64,000 nt of DNA from Heptranchias perlo (lineage: Eukaryota): positions 60,140,001 to 60,204,000 of the forward strand of contig NC_090333.1 in the NCBI RefSeq assembly GCF_035084215.1, in the 5' to 3' direction. A program made the position numbers and the translations under genes. Of this stretch, positions 13,401 through 28,400 are shown piece by piece. Each line of letters opens with the position of its first letter. Position 1 is the stretch's first letter. The notes beneath the pieces are model-generated. The model did not search any database, had not been told where the DNA came from, and worked only from the letters and a program-made list of their open reading frames with translations.

Positions 13401-16400
13401 CTGGTGCAAAACAAGTGCAAGTGCACCATCACCAATAGGAGTGATAGCGCGAGTATAAAAAGACACGTGCTGGCTTCTCCCATTGTGCCTCTTGCATCTG
13501 CTGCACCTCTTCCTCCTCTATTATTGTGCAGAACAGGGATATACCTATTGGGAAGGCCATTCCAGCAACTTAGTCTTTCAGATGGGTTATCTTTAGACCA
13601 CTTTTTATATATTTTCATTACATTTGGCTTCCTCCTTCCTTCACATGAAGCCCCAAGGATGTTCACTAGGATGAGAGTGAGTTCAATAGCCACTTCCTAA
13701 GTACCCGGCTGTGCAGGATGTGACTCAGGATTCCAGAATTTTTGGCTAACACTAAAATTTAGTATTTGTCAAGGTGGGTATCCCAATAATTACATTTGTC
13801 ATTTCCTTTGGGTTGAGGTGAAGGTGAAGGGGGGGGGGGGCAGTGTGCTTAGCCTAGAAGTTGGGAAAATATTGCTGGAACTCTCCATACAGTTTTGGAA
13901 AATGTTAGCAACTTTATCCAGAACCTGGATCAGTGAAAACATTTTAGATTAAAGAGGATACAAAATCAACATAAGAACATAAGAAATAGGAGCAGGAGTA
14001 GGCCAATCGGCCCCTTGAGCCTGCTCTGCCATTCAATAAGATCATGGCTGATCTGATCCTAACCTCAAATCTAAATTCATGTCCAATTTCCTGCCCGCTC
14101 CCCGTAACCCCTAATTCCCTTTACTTCTAGCGTATTCCTATTGCTGAGTTGTCAGACCAAATACATCAACGACATAAAGAGTAACTCCAGCTGTGGTCTC
14201 TAATAGGAGTTCGACTATATAACCTGCACCATGCACAGAGACCCATTTAACAAGACCATAATTAAAAACATTAAAAAACACACATTTAAATATGAGAGTA
14301 AACTAGCAGGGAACATAAAAACTGACGGTAAAAGCTTCTATAAATATGTCAAGAGAAAAAAATTAGTGAAGACAAATGTAGGTCCCTTACAGTCAGAAAT
14401 GGGGGAAATTATAATGGGGAACAAAGAAATGGCAGAACAATTAAACACATACTTTGGTTCTGCCTTCACAAAGGAGGACACAAATAACCTCCCAGAAATG
14501 TTAGGGAACCAAGGGTCTACTGAGAGGGAGGAACTGAAGGGAACCAGTATTAGTTAAAAAAAAGTGCCAGGGAAGTTAATTCTTCACTCAGAGGGTGGTG
14601 AACCTGTAGAATTCTCTACCACAGAAGATAGTGGAGGCCAAGTCATTGGATGTATTCAAGAAGGAGATAGATATATTTTTTAATGCTAAAGGGATCAAGG
14701 GATATGGGGAAAAAGCGGGAACAGGGTACTGAGTTAGACGATCAGCCATGATCATTTTGAATGGCGGAGCAGGCCCAAAGGGCTGAATGACCTACTCTTG
14801 CTCCTATTTTCTATGTTTCTACGTTTAAATAGTGCCTGTGGAACAAAAGAATATTTCTGCTGGATTTCCTGACCTTTATACCTTGTCCATTAGCAACCAA
14901 ATTCGAGATGGTAGCAAGCTGAAAATCCCCGCCCCACATTTAAATACTGCCTGTGGAACAAAAGACTTCATTTATTAAAATGCCACACAATGTCTTGTGG
15001 AAATAAGTGATACCTGCATGTACATTCACCACTGCACTTTGGGGACTTTTACAGATGTTGTCCATTGCGAGAACAGAGATTGTATAAAATTCACCACACT
15101 GCAGATGTGGGATTTGAGCCTTTGTATCGCTTGTGTTGAATAAAGCTGCGACTTGTTGACTATCTCGAGCGGTCACAGTGTATAACTTTGCTCCATCGGT
15201 GTCATCCCATGAGAAGGAGACCGCGTTCGAATCACAGTTCAGCTCAGCTGTTAGATTCTCAGGAGTGCACGGTGCTAGTTAGAAAATACAAATAAATATC
15301 AATCATCTCTCTTTCTCATAAATATCACAATAAATTAATGTAAAACTATTTCCAAAATGGATATTATTTAAGGATTAATAGCATTACCGGTTTGGATTTG
15401 GACAGAAGTACTTGAAATGCCATTCCGACTATAACTCAGTGTTGTCACAGTTATGTTATAGGACTGTCCACAGTGTAAATCCAGCATTTCATAGCGTGTC
15501 TCTGTTGCGTTGTGTGAATGTGTATGTCCATCACTTCCTTCTGCAGTTATATCATATGACATAGCCCCATTAGACCGTCCCCATGATACTTCTACTCGAT
15601 TAGAATTACAGTCCACATTCGCAATTATTTCATCTGGGGCACAGGGTGCTGTAGAAAAGGAAAAATAAACATTAATATCCATAAGGTTAATGTGAGAAAA
15701 CTTTTTGGACAAATGGTCCTTGTCAACAGCTCATAGAACGTAATTAACCTCGATAAAGCAGTCACCTTTATATTCCACATTGTGACCACTCGATTCAGCT
15801 GTTATGTTTTAGGGCCAACAAATTCCAGCTCGGAATTCTAGGTCACTATGGTCAGCAGCCAGTTCGATTCTCAACTCTCCAACTGTTTTCTCTGAATGTT
15901 GAACCTTTGTATCAATGCTGCCAGATGGGATAGAAGGATGATGATTCTGAAATCCTTTGTTTATTGCTGGTATCCGCAGTGACTGGTGAAGGTTACTGTG
16001 TGGAGGCTGAACGGGGATGAAATCAATGGATCATGGGGCTGTACTCATGCCGCTGTCCACAGTAGCACCCTGGAACCCCACTGAAGGATGGAAGCTCCTG
16101 GACAGCAGGCTGGTACATGTGCTATTCATTTAGGTTGGCAGGACAGTGATTCTGTGTCCAGGTTTAGTTTTGGCACAGATTATTATTAAAGTAGGCACTT
16201 CTGAATTACGACCAATTGGGTCGGTCCAGTGGGTGGCTGAAACAGACAGGTGCCTCTCTCTATACTAATACTATAACTCAATATTGGGGTCAATTTTTAA
16301 CCTTACCCATCCGTTGGTAACTAGGTGAGTGGGCAATTAAAAATCAGCTAGTCAGAAAGTTGTATGACTCAGTTGATAGGTCAATGCAATACTGAGGCAG

Positions 16401-19400
16401 GGCTGGTTGTCCAAGTGCTGTCTTTTCAATAAGGGTTTAAACCTGCGTCTGTCATTTCTGTTCCAGTTGAAAGATCCCACAGCACATTTTTTGAAGAGCC
16501 AGGCGTTGTCTCACCAGGGAGTTGTCCCTTACTAACACCATCAAAACAGATTAACTTGTAATTCAGTTCAGTGACTGTTTATGAGACTTTGCTGTGTGTA
16601 AATTGGCAGCTCAATTTTCCTACATAACGACAATGACTGCACTTCAAAAGTAATCTCTTGATTGTGAAGTGCCTTGAGATGTCCTGAGGAGATGAAAGGT
16701 GTTATATAAATGCAGGTTCTTTCTTTTTTACATTACCTGTCCGAATCTCACAACTGGAGCCTTGGAAACTACTGCAGTTTTCACCAAAAGCGACTACAGC
16801 GATGTTATATATTTGGCTGCAGTGAAGATCTGGGATTAGACAGTTTGTTTCTGACGTGGTACAGGTGGCTGTGTGTCCATCACTCCCTTCTGCTGTTGCA
16901 GTATATGACACTGTGCGATTACTCGGCTCCCATGTTACAAAGGCAGTGACAATCTCACAATCAGCTTGAACATTCTGAGGGGGGCATGGTACTTTGGGGG
17001 GGGAGGAAAGAGAAATGAGATGTCATGAATTAGTGATATCAGTGCAGAGTTCCAATGATTTCCTTTGATTCCAAACTCAGAAAATAAACACCCAAGTGGA
17101 GAACCCTAATAACCGTGGAAGAATTAGATTCCCATTCAGAGACACTGAATTTGAATTCAACATGCACTGTAATTCCTGAATGGGCCCTTTGTCCAATGCT
17201 GAGTTTCACCAGTTTGTTTGCTTGGCTCTCGAGAGGCTGCCTCATAGTGGAAGGGAAGAAGGGGAAAATCTCTTCTTCCATCCTAGAAATAGAGCCTTGT
17301 AGTCCCTAATATAAAGTATTAATGTTAGCATCTGGATAGAAACCCATTCAAAATCTCTGTTGAATGAGGTCACCACAGAGGGGAAGCTAAGTGTCCCCAT
17401 AACCTCCTAAATTACCATTGTGACCTTCCTGGATCTCAACCCTCAGAACAGCACTTCCTACCGAGCCAGTGTAATGTTTCCCACACATCACAAAGTTCTT
17501 TAGAAATTTTACCTGTTTCAGTTTCAAAAATGGAAGTGTTTATACTCTGACAATAACCATCCATCGCTTTTACAGTTATGAAATATGTTTGACTGCAGTG
17601 CAGATCTAGGAAATGACAGTGTGTCTCTGTTGTGTTACACATTGTTATGTGTCCGTCTTGTCCTTCTGCTGTTGTAACGTACCACACTGCACCATCACTC
17701 TTCTCCCATGACACTGACGTACTCTTGGTGTCACAGTCCAGATTGGTGTAAATATACTGGGGTGCACATGGGGCTGAAAAATACAGAAACACAGACTTGC
17801 TGTTACTGGGCAAGAAATATCTTCAATCCAAAATGTTCAAAACCAGAAGTCATTGTAATTATTCTTTGCTTCTGAACAATATTTAATTTGTTCAGATATT
17901 TTCTTTCAATAAATAAAATCCTCTAATATATTTGACTGCACCTGTTGGATTAGTTACTAAGGAAAATCCTGGGTTTTTATCAACAGGAGGGTACATCAAG
18001 TTAGATCAAAGCCAAAGCACAGAAACAGGCCATTTGGCCCTACTAATCTATGCTTGTCTTTATGCTCCACACGAGCCTCTTCCCTCCCTACTTCATCTAA
18101 CCGTATCAAGATAGCCTTTTATTCCTTTCTCCCTTATGTGTTTATCTAGCTTCCCCTTAAATACATCCATGCTATTTGCCTCAAATACTCCTTGTTCCAC
18201 ATTCTAACCACTCTCTGGGTAAAGAAGTTTCTCCTGTATTCCCTATTGGATTTATTACCAACTATTTCATTCTTATGCCCTCCAATTTTGGACTCCCCAC
18301 AAGTGGAAACATTTTCTCTATGTCTACCCTATCCAAACCCTATCATTATCTTAAAGACCCCTATAAGGTCACCCCTCAGCCCTCTCTTTTCTGGAGAAAA
18401 GAGCCCCAGCCTATTCAGCCTTTCCTGACAAGGCTATCCTCTCAGTTCTGGTATCACCATTGTGAGTACTTTTTGCATCCTCTCCAATGCCTCTATATCC
18501 TTTCTATAATATGGAGACCAGAACTGTACCCAATACTCCAAGAGTGGTCTAAACAAGGTCCTATAAAAGTTTAACATAACTTCTTTGCTTTTCAATTCTA
18601 TCCCTATAGAATTGGACCCTCGTTCTTGATTTGCCTTTTTTATGGCCTTATTAACCTGTGTCGCTATTTTAGTGATTTGTGTATCTGTACCCCTAGATCC
18701 CTTTGTTCCTTTATCCTGTTTATTATCCGAGCAATATGTAGCCTCCTTATTCTTTCTACCAAAATGCACCACCTCACAATTATCTATATTGAAATTCATT
18801 TGACAATTGCACGTCCATTCTGCAAGTTTATTAATGTCCACTTGCATTTTGACGCATGGTGTTGTCCTCATATTTTGAAATTGTACTTCCGATTCCCAAA
18901 TCCAAATCATTAACATAAATTGTGAGCAACAGTAGTACCAACACCAATCCCTGTGGAACACCCACGTCTCACCTTTTGTCAGTCTAAGTAACTGGGTGGT
19001 GAGTGTCTGGAACGAGCTGCCAGAGGCAGTAGTAGAGGCGGGTACAATTTTGTCTTTTAAAAAGCATTTGGACAGTTACATGGGTAAGATGGGTATAGAG
19101 GGATATGGGCCAAGTGCAGGCAATTGGGACTAGCTTAGTGGTATAAACTGGGCGACATGGACATGTTGGGCCGAAGGGCCTGTTTCCATGTTGTAAACTT
19201 CTATGATTCTATGATTCTACCTTTAGCCCCCACTCTCTTTTCTGTTTTGTAGCCAGCTTTCTATTCATTCTGCTACTTGTCCACTGACTCCACATGCTCT
19301 GACCTTATCCATGAGTCTACAATGTGCTACCTTATCGAAGGAATTTTGAAAATCCAAATATATTACATCCACTACGTTGTCCTTGTCTACTCTTTGTTAC

Positions 19401-22400
19401 TTCTTCATAGAATTCAATAAGTTTGGTCAAGCATAACTTTCCCTTCTGAGATCTGTGCTGACTATTCTTTATTTAATTTTTGTTCTCTAGCTGTCTTTCT
19501 ATTAACTCTTTGAGTAATGATTCCATTATCTTTTCTACCACCGACATTAAGCTAACTGGTCTATTGTTCCCTGGACGTGTTCTATCTCCCCTTTTAAATA
19601 TAGGAATAACATTAGCTGTCTGCCAGTCCTCTGACACTATTCCCTTTTCTAATGAATTTTTATATATATGTAATAGTGCCTCAGCTATCTCCTCCCTAAC
19701 TTCTTTTAATATTCACTGAAGCAATCCATCTGGACCAGGGATTTTATCCGCCTTAACATTGATTAGTTTATCAACGATCTCCCCCCGCTTTCTATCTTAA
19801 ATGTTTTAATATGTTTTTAGATCTCTTCTTTTAATGTCCTGCCCACCATATTAGTCTCCCTGGTAAATACTGAGGCAAAGTATCTATTCAATATTTCTGC
19901 CATTTCGCTATTGTTACCTGTGAGTTTATCTTGTGCATTCCTTAGTGGTCCTATCCCTATTCTGATTATTTTTATGTGTCTGTATAATACTTTACTATTT
20001 CTTTTTATATCTTCCACTTGTTGACTGTCCCTTCCTGCTCACTGCACTCATAACTTTTGTTGTTGTGGAACTACTTACACTGCAGCTCAATCTAAATATT
20101 TTGTGAGTTTAATGGAGGTTTTTTTTATTCATTCATGGGATGTGGGCATCGCTGCCGAGGCCAGCATTTATTGCCCATCCCTAATTGCCCTTGAGAAGGT
20201 GGTGGTGAGCCGCCTTCTTGAACCGCTGCGGTCTGTGTGGTGAAGGTTCTCCCACAGTGCTGTTAGGGAGTTCCAGGATTTTGACCCAGTGACGATGAAG
20301 GAACGGCAATATATTTCCAAGTCGGGATGGTGTGTGATTTGGAGGGGAACGTGAAGGTGGTGTTGTTCCCGTGTGCCTGCTGCTCTTGTCCTTCTAGGTG
20401 GCAGAGGTCACGGGTTTGGGAGGTAGAAGCCTTGGCGAGTTGCTGCAGTGCATCGTGTGGATGGGACACACTGCAGCCACAGTGCGCCGGTGGTGAATGG
20501 AGTGAATGTTTAGGTGGTGGATGGGGTGCCAATCAAGTGGGCTGATTTGTCCTGGATGGTGTCGAGCTTCTTGAGTGTTGTTGGAGCTGCACTCATCCAG
20601 GCAAGTGGAGAGTATTCCATCACACTCCTGACTTGTGCCTTGTAGATGGTGGAAAGGCTGTGGGGAGTCAGGAGGTGAGTCACTCGCCACAGAATACCCA
20701 GCCTCTGACCTGCTCTTGTAGCCACAGTATTTACATGGCTGGTCCAGTTAAGTTTCTGGCCAATGGTGACCCCCAGGATGTAGATGGTGGGGGATTTGGC
20801 GACGGTAATGCTGTTGAATATCAAGGTGAGGTAGTTAGACTCTCTCTTGTTGGAGATGGTCATTGCCTGGCACTTGTCTGGCATCAATGTTACTTGCCAC
20901 TTATGAGCCCAAGCCTGGATGTTGTCCAGGTCTTGCTGCATGCGGGCTTGGACTGCTTCATTATCTGAGGGTTTGCGAATGGAACTGAACACTGTGCAAT
21001 CATCAGCGAACATCCCCATTTCTGACCTTATGATGGAGGGAAGGTCATTGATGAAGCAGCTGAAGATGGTTGAGCCTAGGACACTGCCCTGAGGAACTCC
21101 TGCAGCAATGTCCTGGGGCTGAGATGATTGGCCTCCAACAACCACTACCATCTTCCTTTGTGCTGGGTATGACTCCAGCCACTGGGGAGTTTTCCGCCTG
21201 ATTCCCATTGACTTCAATTTTACTAGGGCTCCTTGGTGCCACACTCAGTCAAATGCTGCCTTGATGTCAAGGGCAGTCACTCTCACCTCACCTCTGGAAT
21301 TAAGCTCTTTTGTCCATGTTTGGACCAAGGCTATATGAGGTCTGGAACCGAGTAATATTAAACAACAAATTTGCCGGGAGTTTGCTTGAAGGTTCTTCCG
21401 ATCAGCCATTGCAACTTCAGGGGAAATGTGTGGAAACCTCAAACAGACCCTGTGCATGGGGTTTCTGTCGAACTTCTGCCAATGTTGTACCGGCAAATAG
21501 GGAGAACCCCCGAGGAAATTCCCGGCGGTTATCTTGGTATATGAAGTCAGTAAATCTGAACACCAGCACAACAGGGAGGAAATTAGACCCATTGTTTATA
21601 AAGGAGAATATATTCATGTTTGATGCACTTTTCCTCATTTGTTTCTAAGCACATGACATTACCGCATAAATCGTATCAAAAAGCCACTGGATGACCATTT
21701 CAATGAAAATGCATCACAGTCAAATAATTTTATTTAGACAGTAGGCTTCTACCAAGCATATTATCAACTTCACCACCACTCTCCTCGAGGCCATCCTGCA
21801 CTCCATCCTACAAAACTCCAGCTCACATTGTGCTCCTGTCAGCTCTGTCCTCCGGTATCTTCCCCATCCCCCAAAACGTTGATTTCAAATCGTTGATGAC
21901 CTCACTTCATCCTAATTCAGAAAACATCTCTAGTTCTTGATCCCAGTTTTCACCCCCGGCTCTTCTGATTCACGATTATTTTGTGTTTCCTTAGCCCCCC
22001 TTCCCTCCCACCCACTCGTTCCGATCCACCATTGGAGACAAAGCCTTCAGCCTTCATAGACTTGCTGCCTGTAATTCTCTTTCTAGATAGCTCTGACTTG
22101 CTAACTCTCTACTTATTTTCAAAATGCTTCTTAAAAGTTACCTCTTACGCCTTGCCTTCAGACACGACTTCTATTGCTTCACGCAATTCTTGTTCAGTAT
22201 CCAAATCCCCTGTCACAATGAAGTGTTTGGGGATATTTTATGTGGAAGGTTCTTTTGTAAGTGAAATTGTTGTGTTTAATTAGTGGTGCCAGTTTTAAAT
22301 CATCCTATTCCATACCAAAGACTTACCAGAACTGAATTCAAATTTAGAGCTTTGTGAACTGTCACATACACCATCCAGTGCTGTTACAGTTAAATTATAC

Positions 22401-25400
22401 ATCTGTCCACAATGTAGATCATTTATTTGACACTCTCTGTTGGCTGTATCACATGATACCGTGTCCCCATCGCTTCCTTCTGCTGTTGCAGAATATGACA
22501 CTGCACCTTTAGTGTGGGTCCATGACACAGAAGCATCGTTTGTGTTACAGTCCAGCTGGACATCGAGATTCTGTGGGATGCATGATACTGAAAAGAGCAG
22601 AAAGACCAGATGAAGAGCACTTGTCCAGTAGCTGCTAAACTTTATAGAATTGTTTTCTAACTGAAATCTTCATGCAAATGTATTTGACAGTTTTTCCAGC
22701 AAGCAATATTTTGGACAGTGCAGAAATCAGGGTTAGTGAGATTGATACAGAAATTAGTGATAAGGGAAATTGCACTTGTCTTCAGTTACCTGTTTTCATT
22801 GTGACGGAAGGATTTTCAGCACTGTCACATGAGTCATCCTGTGCATGAACTGTTATAGTGTAGGTCTCTCCACAGTACAGGTCAGTGATTTCACACAATG
22901 TATCATTAGCGCTGCATTGTTGCACATTGCTTCCTTCTGCAGTCGCAGTGTATGATGTCGCACCTTCACTTAACTCCCATGAGACTGACATAAATCCAGC
23001 ATCACAGTCCACATGAGCATCAACATTCTGTGGGACACATGGTACTGCAAGAAGAAAATTCATAAATATCACCTACTGGAAAATTACTGAGTCACATCAC
23101 TGTCTATAAGATACAAAAATGATAATATTCCAACTAACGTGTGTATATTTTAGAATTTCTTATTCTAAATTCTTGTGTAGAATTACCTGTTTTAATTGTA
23201 AAAGCAGAGCTGTGTGAGCTGTTACATTGCATGCGGATTGCCTGTACAGTTATATAGTAGTTCCGTCCACAATACACATCTGTGATCTCACATTCAGTAT
23301 CTGTTGCATTGCATGAGGCCCTATGGCCATTGCTTCCTTCTGCTGTTACAATGTATGATTCTGTGCCATTACTGGGATCCCAAAACACGGAAACATTATT
23401 ACTTTCACAGTTCATGTGAGCTACCACATTCTGTGGGATACAAGGCACTGCAGAAAGGAGAAAGCACAGTATGGAATCCTTAAACTGTTGTAGATTTAAT
23501 GCTGCATACAGATGTCTAAAAGCTGCATGAGATCAAGCATTACTGCAACAATACAAGCTATGCAACATGTATGAGAGGGACTCAAACTTTGATCGGTATC
23601 TGATAGGATTAACTGCGGGATACCTGAGTTTGTAACAATGAATAACTGTAGCAATTATCAATGTAGAAAATGTGAGGTGGTGCTCATTAATATACAGTTT
23701 TGTAATGCTATGTCAATTTAAATTTATCCTGTCTTTTATGGACTTTGTTCTGTTTACTTTCATAAAAAGAGAACTAAGGTTTTACCTGTTTGTATTTCAA
23801 AAGCTGGACTTGGTAAACTGGTACAATTCCCATCCATTGCTAATATAGTTATACTGTATATCTGGCCACATGGGAGGTCTGTGATCTCACAGCTTGTTTC
23901 TGTCGCATTACATGGATACCTGTCTCCTTCCATTCCTTCTGCAATTGCGGTGTAGAACATTGCGCCGTCACTCTGCTCCCACAATACTGATGTTGTGTGT
24001 GTTGCACAGTCCAAATATGCACTTACATTCTGAGGACTGCAAGGGGCTGAAGATATCAGAGAAACAAGATGGATAAAGGCACAGTTAGCTTTTTACTGGA
24101 ATTCAAGAATGTGCATTTACAAGTAGCATTTGAAAAATGTTAACATAAAGTCTGAAAGCTTTTCATTCTGTTGCCATGAAAAGGTGCTACGTGCAGGAAA
24201 AGTGAAATATCAGAATCTAAATGATCTTATCTGGTGACTATGTAAATTGTCTGCTGCTTTGAACAATGTCCCCTTCATTAGCACGATAATTCTATTAAGT
24301 GAGTCCAATCATCTCTATTGCATTCCATGTTCACTTGCTCTCCGAGAAATAAAACAGCCTAATGATTAATTCTGACCTTAGCTCACTAAACTGTCTACTT
24401 ACTGAAAGATCAGCAAAGCGCACGTGAGGGCACGCGTGAAAGATATAGTATCCAGTGCATAATTTAAGGAGGTGGTGTTTTTACATTACCTGGTTTACAC
24501 CATCATATATTTTACAAGGAAGATAAACCTGATTAACTAGAGACCAGTTGGTCTAATGTCAAATGTGGGCAAACTCTTAGAATCCATAATTTGAGATAAA
24601 ATTGGTGAGCATTTAAAATGCATGGTTTAATCAAGGACAGGCAGCACGGTTTTGTTAAAGTCAAGTGATTTTTGTAAATTGAATAGTTTTTTGAAGAAAT
24701 TACTGATTGTATAGATAAAGGGAATTCAGGGAATTTGACTCTCTGCACGCCTTCAAACGGGAGCTGGACCAGTTCTTGACTGGTGGAGAGATCGCATCCG
24801 ATAGTAAGTGGTTTTAATGATATCACCTGGTCCATGTGATCTCCTGGACTGGTTTTGATTGCCTCAGGGTGTCTGAGAGGAATTTTCCAGAGAATTCTTT
24901 CCCTTATTGGCCCTGGATTTTTCTCTTTTTTCCCTCTCCCAGCAGATTACCTGGCTGTGGGCGATGGGGCAGACCGGCGGCGGGGGGGGGGCGCGGGGAG
25001 TGGGGTTTTTTTATGAGGCATCCAGTCACGATGCTCCTGCCGCCATGTGTGGGCCAGCTGGTCTTTTTCTGCCATAATTTTCGTATATAAATATCTTAGT
25101 GGATGTAATGGATGTGAATTTTCAGAAGGTGTTTGATAAGATGCCTCTGGGTTATGGTGTGAGTGGAAATGTAGCAACATGGATAGAAGGTTGGTTGACT
25201 GACCAAAGAGGAAACAAAGAGCTAGTGTACATGGTATTGATTGCATTGGAGAAGCGTTGGAAGTGGCACACCCAGAGGTCAGTGCTGGGTCCACTTTTGT
25301 TCTCCGTATATATGGGTGCTTTGGAGTTACCTGATGTGTTGTTGATACAAAAGTAAGCGGTTTGGAAAATGACTCCATGCAAACTTAAATAGCTTAGGAG

Positions 25401-28400
25401 ATTGGGCAGACAGCTGCAAGATGCAATTTATTATGGATAAGTAATACATTTTTGGAGAAAAATAAGGATTGAGAGTACACAATGGAAGACAGTTAATAAT
25501 GTGGATGAACAAAGACGACGGAGGTAACTGATACTTTTTGCATAGTATTATAAGTCAACACACTGCAGTAATATATTAGTTAACAAAAAATGCTGGAAGC
25601 TTATTTTTTTGGTCTACGTAGTACAGTATGTCAGTAAAACAAGGAATTACCTGTTTGAATTTCAACTATTGAGCTCTGAGATTGGTTGCATGTGCTGTCA
25701 GATGCAATGACATATACAGAATATAACTGGCCACACAGTAACATGGGCGTTCTACATGATGTGTCTGATGTTCTGCACGACTGGATGTTCCCATTGGGTC
25801 CTTCAGTAATGGCAGTGTACCAGAGTGCACCTTTACTATAGTCCCACGACACCAAAGCAGTATTTAGGTTACAATCCAGTCTTACATCTACATTCTGTGG
25901 GTTGCAAGGGACTGTAAAAAACCAAAAAATTTAAAGTCGATGTAAGATAATAGAATCAACCATCAGTGTAAGTTCAAATAAATAAAAGGATGGATGAATT
26001 TACTAAATAGTCAATAATTCCACTGCACCTTGTCATTGTAAAAACACAGGAAACAGAATAGGAAATTAAAGCAAAAAGTGTATCCATTAATTCACAAAAA
26101 TAAACACCATAAACGTAGAGCACCATTAATTCTGTACCATAATAGCCATAACAAGTAACTAACTGGAGCCTCACCCACATGAAGAAATTAAATTGCTCTT
26201 CAAAATGCAATCGTGTAACTTAAGTATGTTGTTTGCAGGATTATTCCAAACAGTTAGTGATAGCACTGATTCTAGTCTGTGCATCACTCATCTGCTAGTG
26301 GCACTGACTAAAATAATAGGATGTTTTGTCATTATCTTCCCGCATTGACTGAGCAGTTTTAACTGTTCCCACTCGTTTTCCTTGATCCCATTATTGCTGA
26401 CATTATGCCGAAAAAACACACATTTAATTACTGCCTGTGGAACAAAAGACTTCATTTGTTAAAATGCCACACAATGTCTTGTGGAAATAAGTGATACCTG
26501 CATGTACATTCACCACTGCACTCTGGGGACTTTTACAGATGTTGTCCGTTGCTACAACAGAGATTGTATAAAATTCACCACACTGCAGATGTGGGATTTG
26601 AGCCTTTGTATCGCTTGTGTTGAATAAAGCTGTGACTTGTTGACTATCTCGAGCGGACACAGTGTATAACTTTGCTCCATCGGTGTCATCCCATGAGAAG
26701 GAGACCGCATTCGAATCACAGTTCAGCTCAGCTGTTAGATTCTCAGGAATGCACGGTGCTAGTTGGAAAACACAAATGAATATCAATCATCTCTCTTTCT
26801 CATAAATATCACAGTAAACTAATGTAAAACTATTTCCATAGTGGATATTATTTAAGGAGAAATAGCATTACCGGTTTGGATTTGGACAGAAGTACTTGAA
26901 ATGCCATTCCGACTATAACTCAGTGTTGTTACAGTTATGTTATAGGACTGTCCACAATGTAAATCCAGCACTTCATAGCGTGTCTCTGTTGTGTTGTGTG
27001 AATGTGTATGTCCATCACTTCCTTCTGCAGTTATATCAAATGACATAGCCCCAAGGGACCGTCCCCATGATACTACTACTTGATTAGAATTACAGTCCAC
27101 ATTCGCAAATATTTCATCTGGGGCACAGGGTGCTGTAGAAAAGGAAAAATAAACATTAATATCCACAAGGTTAATGTGAGAAAACCTTGGTCAAATGGAC
27201 CTTGTCAACAGCTCATAGAACGTAAATAATCTTGATAAAGCAGTCACCTTTATATTCCACATTGTGACTACTCAATCCAGCTGTTATGTTTTAGGGCCAA
27301 CAAATTCCAGCTCAGGACTCCACGTCACTATGGTCTGTAGCCAGTTTGACTCTCAAGTCTCCAACTGCTTTCTCTGAATGTTGAACCTTTGTATCAATGA
27401 TGCCAGATGGGATAGAACAATGATGATCCTGAAATCCTTACTTTATTGCTGGTATCCATGGTGACTGGTGATGGTTACCGTGTGGAGGCTCAACGGGGAT
27501 GAAATCAGTGGATCATGGGGCTGCACTCCTGCCACTGTCTACAGTAGCACCCTGGAACCCCACTGAAGGATGGAAGATCCAGGACATCAGGCTGGTACAT
27601 GTGCTGTTCATTTAGGTTGGTAGGACAGTGATTCTGTGTCCAGGTTTAGTTTTGGCACAGATTCATATCAAAGTAGGCACTTCTGAATTACGACTAATTG
27701 GGTCGGTCCAGTGGGTGGCTGAAACAGACAGGTGCCTTTCTCTATACTAATACTATAACTCAATATTGGGGTCAATTTTTAACCCTACCCATCCATTGGT
27801 AACTAGGTGAGTGGGCAATTAAAAATCTGCAACTTGTAGGACTCGGTTGATAGGTCAATGCAGTCCAATAATACTTTAAACCTGCATCTGTCATTTCTGT
27901 TCCAGTTGAAAGATCCCACAGCACATTTTTTGAAGAGCCAGGCGTTGTCTCACCAGGGAGTTGTCCCTTACTAACACCATCAAAACAGATTAACTTGTAA
28001 TTCAGTTCAATGGCTGTTTATGAGTCCTTGCTGTGTGTAAATTGGCTGCTCAATTTTCCTACATAATGAGAATGACTTCACTTCAAAAGTAATCTCTTGA
28101 TTGTGAAGTGTGTTGATATGTCCTGAGGAGATGAAAGGTGTTATATAAATGCAGGTTCTTTCTTTCTATATTACCTGTCTGAATCTCATAACTGGAGCCT
28201 TGGAAACTACTGCAATTTTCACCAAAAGCGACTACAGCGATGTTATATATTTGGCCGCAGTGAAGATCTGGGATTAGACAGTTTGTTTCAGACGTGGTAC
28301 AGGTGGCTGTGTGTCCATCACTCCCTTCTGCTGTTGCAGTGTATGACACTGTGCGATTACTCGGCTCCCATGTTACAAAGGCAGTGACAATCTCACAATC

